Shown one piece after another: positions 13,854-25,800 of a stretch of DNA of 64,000 nucleotides. Below the pieces are notes generated by a model. It searched no databases, was not told the DNA's origin, and was given only the letters and a program-made list of their open reading frames with translations. Each line of letters starts with the position of its first letter. The first letter of the stretch is position 1. The position numbers and the translations under genes are program-made. Source of the stretch: Octopus vulgaris (lineage: Eukaryota); assembly GCA_951406725.2 (NCBI GenBank), contig OX597833.1, positions 22,630,001 to 22,694,000 on the forward strand, in the 5' to 3' direction.

Positions 13854-14365
13854 GGACATTTTTAAGTGTCAAAATAAAAATTTAAAAAAGTATAATAAAT
13901 AAACAAGCAATCACCTTGAATGGAAAATAAAAAATATAAAAAAACTAATCACCTTGAACATAAAATAAATATGTAATCACCTTGAAGATAAAAACACAAA
14001 TGATAACATGAACAAGTTTTTATGGAGTAGTCTTGCCGGTTTCGAGATGTGACAAGGAGGTCAGATAATTTACAATATAAAAAAATCAACGAGAAAAACA
14101 AAGCAAAACAAACAAAAGCAAAACTTCAAAAAGCTCTCCTTAGCACAGTTACCAGTCACTGGTTTCATTATTAAACGTGTTTTTTTCCTCTTAATTATAA
14201 ACAGGGCATCCTCCTCTCCCATTTGATCTTTTTTTTTTTAATCTCTTTGTCCCTTTTTCAACTGAACTGTTGTGATAAGAAAAAGTAAAGATATGTATAC
14301 ACATTCTTCAAACATTATTCCCATAGAATGTATGTTATATAATCTTGCTAGGTTGCTTTAAATTT
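13854..14365 (-). repeat. Diverged direct repeat of 10959-11370 (probable Tx1 3' UTR)
   Basis: Shared blocks: ATGGAGTAGT..GGTTTCGAGATGTGACAAGGAGGTCAGATAATTTACAATA, AAACAGGGCATCCTCCTCT and TATAATCTTGCTAGGTT. Confidence 0.85.
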
Positions 14366-15130
14366 TAAAAGAACACATGAGTATTTTAATGAAACTTTAT
14401 GCTGATAAGGTTTTCTTTTTCTCTCTTTTAAATGATGAATCGAGCATCCTTCTCTACACTTCATTTTTATCGCGCTGATTCCATTTTGAAATGAGCTGTT
14501 TTGATAACAAACTATACTAAAAGGGTTTGACCGTCTGTCCAGCGACCCATGACGCAAACCAGTGTGGGATTGCATCTCTAGGTTCAGAGTCGCAAGAGTG
14601 TCAATTTGCCTTGGTTAATGCTTGTTCTTGCTTACCATCCCTTATTCTTTTAGGGTGGTGTCCCATACAATCAAACGTCGTTAATCCATTATATCGACAC
14701 GACCTTCTGGAAGTTCAGGTCCTGTCGAACTTCCAGCGTTCGACACGACCTGAACACTGGAAGTGGAACAGCGTTCAGCTGGAAGCGTTCCACTTCCAGC
14801 TGAACGCTTCTTAACACCCCTAGCTTCAACAGATGTTGCTGTACATTGAATCAATTCCGACTTTGTAAAACGAGACCTAAAAGTAGCTCAACTGATAACA
14901 GTCGCTAAAATATTGATGATCGAAGATATCGAAAGCTTTTGATTGGTAAGTTTATTACCCACCCTCTATGATGTATCAAATAAAGTAAATGTCGTAGATC
15001 TGACAGGACTTGCTTAACTGGATTTATCCGGAGTTTCTCCATCTGCCGGTATTCATGGCTATGTACTAGTTATTATAGTCCTCCCGTCCATGAGTTTCAT
15101 GACACGGGAATATATATATATATATATATA

Positions 15131-15910
<780 letters not shown>

Positions 15911-16111
15911 ACGAAAAAGGCAAATAGAGAAACAAGACATACAACATAAAGAATATTCCCCTTCTTCAGTTGTCCCTGTTTCATCTACTCCACGTTCCGA
16001 AGGCAAGGACAAACGCGACTTCGTTGAAACAGTACTTCCCGCAAAGCAAATTAAATAAAATTTGGAATTTTTGCGGAGGGTGAAAGTGGTAACAAGAACA
16101 GGACATTGAGA

Positions 16112-16400
16112 GAGACCCCTTTCGGTCATGACTGATCATGGGATTGTACCTAGAAGGTTACCCTCCCAGGCACAAGTCCGGGCAAGCTTGTTTTATGGAA
16201 GACCAGCAGTCGCCCATGCATACCGGCTTCCCCTCTCTACGCCACCAGTGTTATCCAAGGAAAAGGCAAGGCCGATACAGCTTGGCAACTCATTTCTACA
16301 GGTGAGTGAACTGGAGCAACGTGAAATAAAGTGTCTTGCTCAAGAACACAACACGTAGCCCGGTCCGGAATTCGAGCTCACAACCTCACGATCTCCTACC
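16112..16400 (-). mobile_element. SINE family C
   Basis: B-box-like GAGCTCGAATTCC and CORE-like CTTGAGCAAGACACTT on the minus strand. The tail matches 3527-3740. Confidence 0.8.
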
Positions 16401-16409
16401 TCACTCTCT

Positions 16410-16473
<64 letters not shown>

Positions 16474-16549
16474 ATATAAACTTGTTACGAGCTTCAAATA
16501 TAGCTGAGGCATATTCGAACCTGTAAGAAGGCCTTTCGCTGTATTTAGT

Positions 16550-16812
16550 CATGAAGAAAATTTCTCTAAGTTACAGCGACGAAAACACACCAGCATCGGT
16601 TGTCAAGCGATGGTGGGGGAAAACACAGACACACAAACATATACATATACGACGGTCTTCTTTCAGTTTCCGTCGACCAAATCCAATCACAAGGCTTTGG
16701 TCGGCCCGAGGCTATAGTGGAAGAAACATGCCCAAGGTGCCACGCAGTGGTACTGAACCCAGAACCATGTGGTTAGTAAGCAAGCAACTTACCACACGGC
16801 CATTCCTGCGCC
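16550..16812 (-). mobile_element. SINE family A
   Basis: Reverse complement of the 418-690 sequence. Confidence 0.85.
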
Positions 16813-16814
16813 TA

Positions 16815-16939
<125 letters not shown>

Positions 16940-16964
16940 GTATATTTACGTACGTATATATATA

Positions 16965-16998
<34 letters not shown>

Positions 16999-17307
16999 CA
17001 TATGTATAAATATATGTATACATTTATGTATGTATGTATGTATGTATGTATGTATGTATATATATAAGTATATACATATTTGTATACATATATACATACA
17101 TACATACATACACGCGCGCACACACACACATACACACACACACACATTCTTAATTAATATCCACCTTTGTTTTACTCTTAGTTGAAAAAGTCGAAAAGAC
17201 AGAAACCGGTACTAACCATTACAAAATGAATTTTATGATAAAATTATTTTAGCATTTTCTACCTCCTTGTCTTATTTTCCTTACACACACACACACACAC
17301 ACACACA

Positions 17308-17369
<62 letters not shown>

Positions 17370-17443
17370 CATTTAATAAATCTCAGTGTAGCAAAAAATG
17401 TCCTCTTATGGCCATCCCTTATGTGTTTAAATGTACACTGTAT

Positions 17444-17505
<62 letters not shown>

Positions 17506-17529
17506 CTCAGTTGTCGCAATTACAATAGA

Positions 17530-18650
17530 TGTCTAACTGTAGTCCTCCTTGTTGACTGTACCGACCACTTCGGTTTCCGTGATGCCCGATACCATCACGA
17601 TCACATTGTTCACATATGCTACCACATTTTCTCCACGTCTTAGTTCAAGCGAGATGCTCTTCAACATCTCCAGTTTTCGCACTAGTGATTTACGAATCAA
17701 GTCAGAAGAAATGAAAGAGAACATCCTTGACTGAGGGCTTCATCTGAAATGGTTCCGATGGGTGATTATTTATTGTGACCACAGAACGAGTTTTCGCTGT
17801 TAGAGAAATCTCAGCTGCGGGGAAGTTATGTCCGAACGAGAATATCTGTTGTATGCCTTATATTCGAGTGGACTGGTGCGAAGAGAGCCTTATTAGATTG
17901 TGATGGTGTTGGCAATGTTGTCCTTCCATCTAGAGTTGGTACTGTTGTTGTAGCAGGTGTTTCTGTTGCTGTTCTTTTCTATGTTATTGCTGTTGTTGGT
18001 GCAACTGTTGTTGATGCTGTTATTTTAAAAATAATGTCAACAGCAGCGGATGTCTTCCTTCTCTTCTTTGCTATGGATAGACCATGTTTAGATGGTCTGT
18101 AACACTGTATCAAGGACACCTTGGCTTTTTACCTCAGCCGCCAAGTTGTATGATATTTGGAAGATTTATCAAGCCAGAAATAGCTTCCATAGTGTTTGGA
18201 TCAACAGAACCATCTATGTGTCCGACCAGTTTTCCTTTCGCATTCCTTGCTCTTGCATCACGAGCGTTTTATCTCGCAAAATAGTCACCACCAGCCGGTA
18301 AATATCTATCAATCGTCTTTATTTTCACGGAGTAGATCTGTATGAAGATTAGTTTTTTTTTACTCTTTACTGCTTCTTGGTTTTCACCTGGGTTGGAGAC
18401 ATCATTTCAACCCTACCGAATAACCTTCCTCGAGCGACATAGGTTTTGCTGCTCCAGATTGGCTTTAGACACTTTCCAATCTCGACTTCCGTCGTTCGCT
18501 GTCTCCTGGACTTCAGTCCTGTACACTTAAATATAATTGCTTCTTTCTGGGTCACAACGTGTATCTGCTGCATTACGTTTCATTACTCTGACTTTCCAAT
18601 CATCCTTACGATTTTTTGGCATCTTTCTTGTCTCGCGGTGCGGTAAACGA
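17530..18650 (-). mobile_element. Internally deleted L1/Tx1 relic (ORF1 joined to mid-RT)
   Basis: IGKCLKPIWSSKTYVARGRLFGRVE is homologous to ORF1 at 21547 and 23685. A decayed knuckle (GKKPRCP*..DH) and a Thr-rich linker follow, then SEPF..QGCSLS..LVRKLE..VAYVNN (decayed YADD). Confidence 0.75.
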
Positions 18651-18845
18651 GTTTATTATTAGTTAAAAAAAAAACCCTATCAAACTTTTCAAAACGTCTG
18701 TGTTCTGTGGGAAAAATCCTTTTGTATATTATGCTCTTGGTTAGGGAAAAATTTCGGAAGCACTTGTTATTTCTGCAAATAATTTTCTATACAAACCTTT
18801 CATGTTGTAGTTGTGCAAAACCATGAGTTCTAAATGGCTCTAAGC

Positions 18846-18952
<107 letters not shown>

Positions 18953-19261
18953 TTTGTATCTCTGTATGTATATATACACACACACACATACTATGAATAG
19001 TGCTGTCTTCTGTAATACAAGCTGTTGATGGGCGAGTGTAGAGAGCTGCAATCCAATTTGCACTTGTTTGTAGTGGTGATGGTGTAGTTTAGTTGGTGGA
19101 TTGATAGATTTTGGCTAGAGGTACTAAGAGGTTTTTATGATAAAGTACTATTTTTTGAACAACGATTTCTTACTTAGTAAGGCATTGTCAGCATGGCTGT
19201 TCTCAGTTCCAAAGGACTACAGCTTACGTGCATTTTACAGAGTTGTACTATTCTCTTAGCG

Positions 19262-19686
19262 CAGTGATCCTCAACCATATTTTGCCTATGGACCTCTTTT
19301 GATTACTATTTTACTCGAATGGATCCTCCTAGCCATTCGATGATTTTAAAAGTTCAGTTATATTCTTATAATTAAACATTATTAGAAATTGTAAGCACGC
19401 AAGGTGGAAGAATCGTTAGCGTGTTGGGTAAAATGCTTAGCGGCATTTCGTCTGTCTTTACGTTCTGAGCTCAAATTGTGTCAAGGTCGACTTTGCCTTT
19501 CATCCTTTCGGGGTCGATAAAATAAGTAACAGTTAAGCACTGGGGTCAACGTAATCGACTTATCTCCTGTCCCGAACGTTCTGACCTAGTGACCAATTTA
19601 TGAGTATAAAAGTATAACCAATTTAGTGCAACAAAATCTTATATGGACCCCTAAGGGTCATATGGGCCCAGGTTGAGGAACCACCG
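19262..19686. mobile_element. hAT (Charlie-like) MITE with a nested SINE B at about 19400-19600
   Basis: TIRs CAGTGATCCTCAACC / GGTTGAGGAACCACCG, with an 8-bp TSD TCTTAGCG / TCTTAGCA. Confidence 0.8.
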
Positions 19687-20324
19687 TCTTAGCAGCTGTT
19701 TCCGCGTGTTGTTGTTTCAAAGTTGTGTTGATAATCACGTTAGCTACATAACTGTGCGCTATCTAATGAATAGTATTACGGTCACGACACAAGTATAAAG
19801 CAATAATTCCATAATTTAAGTTCACTTCTACAAGGAAAGGTGTTTAGTTACAGTTGATTGAAATAAAATGAGGTCGTGCGTACATAAACATGTATTTGTT
19901 CTGTTTCTGTTTGCGTACGAGTAAGTTTGTGTGTGCGTCATTCATACTTGTGTAATACAATTTCTTCCTTCTCTTATGCGAAATCCTCCATTCAGTCCCG
20001 CTTTTGTATTTCTCTGTTGTTATCGTTTTTTCTATTGTAGGTTTTGTCTGACGCACTCTTTTCTTTTCTCTGTCACTTGGCAGGTGGCGTACAGATGCGC
20101 GCGCACACCCACCCACACATACACCCACATTATAATATTTATCAGTATATTACAATGGAAGCGTAACTAATATATCCTGCCTTATACTCTTTAATCCTAC
20201 CCGACTTTTTAACAGAGACAACTGTTTGTCGGCGATTATCGAAGATAGTTCTCACTACATGGTGTTGGGTACAGAGATTTTTGAAACCGAATTCGTTTTC
20301 TCGTCACTAATTTCACTTCTAAGT

Positions 20325-20450
<126 letters not shown>

Positions 20451-20677
20451 CACACGTAAACACACACATATCGTCAATGAAAATAAACAATCAATTCAAA
20501 TAAACAAATAAAATCAACAGACAAGAGGTCGTGCACAAAAATGTATTAGCTTGACGCCCGGTGGAAAGAGAGAGTTTGACGTTTCGAGCATAGCTCTTCG
20601 TCGGAAAGGAGAAAGGGAAAAGTCCAAAGAAGGAAAACAAATCGCCAACAGCACGTGTGTAGTTACATTATATATAC

Positions 20678-20708
<31 letters not shown>

Positions 20709-20924
20709 TGTATGTATGTATGTATGTATGTATGTATGTATGTATGTATGTGTGTATGTATGTATGCATGCATGTATGTATGTATGTATGTGTGTGTGTA
20801 TTGTGTATGTGTGTGCGTTTAGGCAAATGGCTTACTTGTTAGGATATTGGACTCATGATTGTAAGCTTATGGTTTCAATTTCTGGACCAGGAAACCGGTC
20901 CCATGTTCCTTACGGAGTAATGTT

Positions 20925-20963
<39 letters not shown>

Positions 20964-20982
20964 TATATATACATATATATAT

Positions 20983-21102
20983 AATGGCTTCATTCCATTT
21001 TTTCATTATATTAAATTCAGCTTTTCCATTCGTTTTTTTTTGTCCCCACCTTGTCTGTACGGCCTTCATGTCTAATTTCATGAAATAAAGAAGCTTGCTT
21101 CC
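20983..21102 (+). mobile_element. Isolated 3' end of a Tx1 unit (direct repeat of 22755-22893)
   Basis: About 120 nt shared, ending AATAAA-GAAGCTTG(C/T)TTCC. Confidence 0.7.
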
Positions 21103-22893
21103 GGTATAGCGTTTTGTTTAGTTCGACTGCGGTCTTTGAGAATAACACACGTAGTTTTTGGTTGTCTTGGCGGTGCGATGTTTTTCCTCTTGTTTAATGG
21201 AGGGGCGTCGAGTGAGGAGCTGTGAAGGTCTAAATTGTAAACAGACCTGTGAAGGTCTGAATTTGTAAACTACCCCTCTTCGGACTTTGTGTCGTCTGAG
21301 GAGAAGATGGTGGAGTGTTTGAAAAGAACTGACAAGAAATGGAAGCAAGCCGTTACGTTATGCTGCAGCGTGAGAAGAAAAGAGTGAAGACGTTAGTCTG
21401 GATGATTTAAGTAAATTTTTTTAAATGCTTAAAAAGGAGGGGAACGAAGTGAAAGTGTCCCTCCCACAAAGAAGTTTTAAAGGCGAAACAGGAAAAAAAC
21501 AATAATTTATAGGACGTACTCTGAAGCAGTAAAGATAATTGAAGTCATGTCAACGATGCAAGTCGAAAAGGCACTAAGACCCATCTGGCAAGGGATTTCC
21601 TATCTTGCCAGAGGAAAAAAGATTGGAATGGTGGAGGTGCAGTTCCGGGAGGTGGCTACCGCCAGGCTGCACTTTTCTACTACACCGCTGAGAACGGACG
21701 AAGTGGTACTTCTACCCGTATACTTTGGGAGACGTACTTCCAGGGTTAGGGTAGAGGAAATACCCCCAGAAGTAGATGTAATCTGGCTGGTGGCTGCCAT
21801 ACTGCTAGGCCTGTAGGAGAAGGTGGTGGTCCTCCAGGCCACCAGAATACCCCACAGGAACTGGCAAGGACAAAGCTTAGATATGGTGGTACACGTTGCA
21901 GAGGAAGACATTGAAAAGATGGTCGAGACCATCACGGTCACAGAGGCAACACTAAGAGTTAGAGTGGAAGGAAGGATCCCGCGGTGCTATAAATGTGGCT
22001 TTTCAGGCCACATTAGAGCGGACTGCCCTACACCACTCGCGAAGGATAAAGAGAAACAAGAGAACGAGAGGGAAATTGAGACTACACCGACGAAAACCAC
22101 TACCAGCGTCGAGGAGGAGGAAGTGAACGAGGAAAGGAACGGATGGGAAGCGGCTGGGAAGAAAAAAGAAAAAGAAAAAGAGTACACGTTATAAATGACG
22201 ACTTCCATCCCACACCTACCTGACTTCCACCCACACCCACTCTGCCCTAACCAATCCCTACAGACACCAACCATCTCCATGCCCCACTTAACATAAAGAC
22301 ATGCACAAACACACAGGAGCCCCAAATTTCCCCACCCTTGCCCAGTAATGAAAAATATGTTATACTGTACGTTGGAGGAAATGAGAAACTTGATAATGAG
22401 GTAAACTTATGGAATAGAGTGATAAAAGTGGTCATAACGAGAGTGAAGGGGGTGGCCCGGGTACATGTGCTGTGTGATGGCATGCTCGGGGTGCCTTCCA
22501 AGATTAAAGGATTATGAGGAAGACTGTGACTATGAGTCAAGAGGATAGACTATGGTCAAGAGGATAGACACCAGCACAATGCCAGAACGGGTAAGCTATT
22601 TTGATATTTTAAAAATATATAACAAACTTTTTGAGTAAAATTGGAAACTAGTTGTTGCAAACTGTGTCACAAATAGTGTTTTAAACTAGTGTCCGAAAAA
22701 AAAGAAAAGAAGTTGTATTAACAGGTTGAATGAAGTCGCTCGGAGGTAGGGCCGAACGGCTTCATTCCAGTTTTTCATTATATTAAATTCATCTTTTCCA
22801 CTCGTTTTGTTTTTTTATTTGTCCCCACCTTGTACTATCCCTCCTATGTGCGGCCTTCATGGCTAATTTCATGAAATAAAGAAGCTTGTTTCC
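21103..22893 (+). mobile_element. Non-autonomous L1/Tx1 unit: 5' UTR, broken ORF1 with CCHC knuckle, 3' UTR, essentially no ORF2
   Basis: ORFs 21547-21816 and 21823-22194 are in frame across one stop and contain VEGRIPRCYKCGFSGHIRADCP. They are homologous to ORF1 at 23685. AATAAA lies at 22875-22880. Confidence 0.75.
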
Positions 22894-25800
22894 GGTTTGA
22901 AAACTTCGGTCGTGTTTTCTTTGCACCCTGTGAGTTATCGCTTTTATTGTTGAAACTCTGTTGTAAACTGTTGTTGAGAATTATTGTTGAAAATTGCTAT
23001 TTTGAACTGTTGCCTGTTTGCAGGCTTTGTGGGACTATTTATTTCTCGGTATTCCGGGGAATAGTGAAATTTCTGTAGCCATTTGGCATTTGTTTTGGAT
23101 TCTTTATCGGAGTACATTTTATAATTTAGCCTTTGCAGGCATTGTTGAACTGCACCCCACCCCAAGACGGGGGTGGGATTCGAACTGTTGTTCCTCTTGA
23201 GAGGAAGTAATTTTTGAACAGAAAAACATGATAACGGAAGCCTAAAATTTTTATTTTGGAAAAAAGAACTGTTTTTTCAGCCATTTTTGGCTTCATTAAG
23301 CTGCACCCCTCCCCCTGACAGGGGTGGGATTTGAACTTATTGATTGCCGAAGAAAAAGTTTTGGAACTGTGTTTTTTTTGTTCGTGTGTTTTCTGCTTAT
23401 TTATCTCGAACGAAATTTCGGTGGAGATAACAAGAGAAACATGCACTCTGGAAGAGAATGATGCTTTGGAGGCTAACAAGCCTCCAAAACAAGTCACCAA
23501 AGGCTTTGCGGTGGTCGGCGCAGTACAAATGAAATGTCTGGAGATCCCATCGGGGGAACTCCCGGAAATGTTTAAAAGAATGACAGAGGAAGAGGGTGAG
23601 ATAAAAATATCACCTCCAACGAACACAACAGAAGAGATTAAATAAACAACAATCATTTTCAAAACGTTCTGCCCGGAGAAAAAAATGATGAAACATATGG
23701 AACAGAATAAAGTAGAAAAATGCCTGGCACCCATATGGAAAGATATTAGTTACATAACAAGAGGAAGAAAATTTGGCACAATAGAGGCTAGATTCAAAAC
23801 AACAGAGATGGTTCGCGATAACTCGGTCAGCCCGTTGAAGTCAAAAGAAGTGGTGCTTCTGCCAACCTATATGGGGCGACGCACGTTCCGTGTTAGGGTG
23901 ACAGAGGTACCGCCGGAGGTTGATGCCGCGTGGGTGATGGCCACCCTGTTATTTAACAGGGAAGATAAAATTAATATCCTACAAGTAACACGCTCTGCCC
24001 AACAAAATTGGCTCGGGCAGAGCATTGCGGCCATCATTCAAGCGGCATCAGATGACCTAGAAGGGATTCCTGACTGAGTGCTCGTGGGCGACGACGTGGC
24101 CCTCAAAATTCATGTTTGAAATTCCACGAAAGGGTTGACTGCGACGCAGGAAAAAAGGAAGACAATGTAAAGGCCCAAACTCCTGTGAATAAACATACAC
24201 CTGACCCCTCACAAACCCCAAAAACTGCTCCCAACCCCACACATATCAGCCCCTACACTAGCAAAGACACCCACTTCCCCCACTGTGATGCCCACACAAC
24301 CCCCCCCCCAAACAAGTAGTCCAAAAGCCTCAAATTACGCACACACCAGTCCCAACAACAACAAAAATACTCAGTCCCTCAACGTCGACGGCATCTGACA
24401 GTAAAAGTATAACTCCCCCAGATGACACATGGAGGCGGTCGAGGGGGAGTACACTCTAGTTCGGAGCCCGACCAAAAGAACGTTGACACAATCCCCGTCC
24501 ACATCTCCACAAAAACGGAAGATACAACAACTCAAACATAAAAACCCCACCCAACCGTCCCAGAAAAACCGGGCGGAAGACGAATTTTGGTCGAGTTCGA
24601 CCCAAAGGACAAATACACAAATGATGTGATAGCTCCACACCACACTACAATGCTATATCCAACGCACAAGGACTATCCTGGACAATGTGCCAGTATAGGC
24701 GAAACATTATTTAAACAGCTGAAGGAGAGGCATCCAAAATACCTCACGAAAGAGGAGAAAAGAGGGGCATCCTCACGAGACGTGAGGTCGGCATCCACGT
24801 CACCAATGAAAAGTAAGTAGCACCTTTACTTTTCCTTAAAATATCAACTTTTAACCTTGGTTTAAATGTGTGTGGTCTGAGCTCGAAGCGGAAGAAAGCA
24901 TGTTTCCTCGACGACCTCAGATCACATGATATACATGTAATGGTTGCTACAGAGACCAAGCTGGATAGGCTACAAACCTTCTCGGCTCTCCTGAATGGCT
25001 ATGAGAAAATTATGTCTCCTGGCTAGACCGGAGAAGGAGTGGGTGTAGTAGTCCTGGTCCGAAAAGGCTTGGCTCTGCAAACAAATACAGTCTTTGTGGA
25101 CCCTGAAGGTGGGCTGGTCGTCCTTGACGTGACATACAGCAACAAGGCCTTCAGGTTGATCGGTATTTACGTACCTTGTGCAAGAAGGTAGCAAACCGAT
25201 TTCTATCGGCACCTTGAGAACTTACTCATGACGTTCAAGACATAAGTTGTGTTAGGAGACTACAATGCTATCCTGAATGCACGTCTGGATAGCTGTGGAT
25301 CGACTGGTAGGTGTGTTAACTTACGCCTCATCGATCTGCTTAAGCGTTTTCAGCTGGCAGATCGTTACAGACTTGAGCAGCCGAGCGTCCCAGTGTGGAC
25401 CTGGATGAATGGAGACGGGAAGCTCAAGTCTTACTTAGACAGGATAGTTATAAGGATTAGAGATAAGTCTAGCATTAGCTGTCCACAGTTTGTTCAAATC
25501 GCTTACACTGACCATAAAATGGTTAAGTGTAGGCTGAACATAGATAGTGCCTATAGACAGGGATCCGGTTACTAGAAGCTGAACAAGTCTCTTTTGGCTT
25601 GTGAGGCATACCGTAACCGGATTAAGGAGTTAGTGAAAAAGGCATTAACCGGCACCGTGGTGAATAACCGGTGGTGGTTTGCCCTAAAAGGAGCCATACG
25701 TTTTGAGTCTATTACATTTAGACGTCAGCTAAGTTTAGATAAGGCTCCGATAGAAGGGAGACTACTTAAGGCTTTAGAAGAGGCATTGAGACTGAGCTCT

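Noticed and set aside
10959-14365. LTR retrotransposon with ~450-bp LTRs
   Set aside because: There are no TG..CA ends, PBS, PPT or TSD, and the interior resembles Tx1 ORF2.
23126-23734. 202-aa minus-strand ORF (also 26236-26748 and 36549-36902)
   Set aside because: These are antisense shadows of TE coding regions with no independent motifs.
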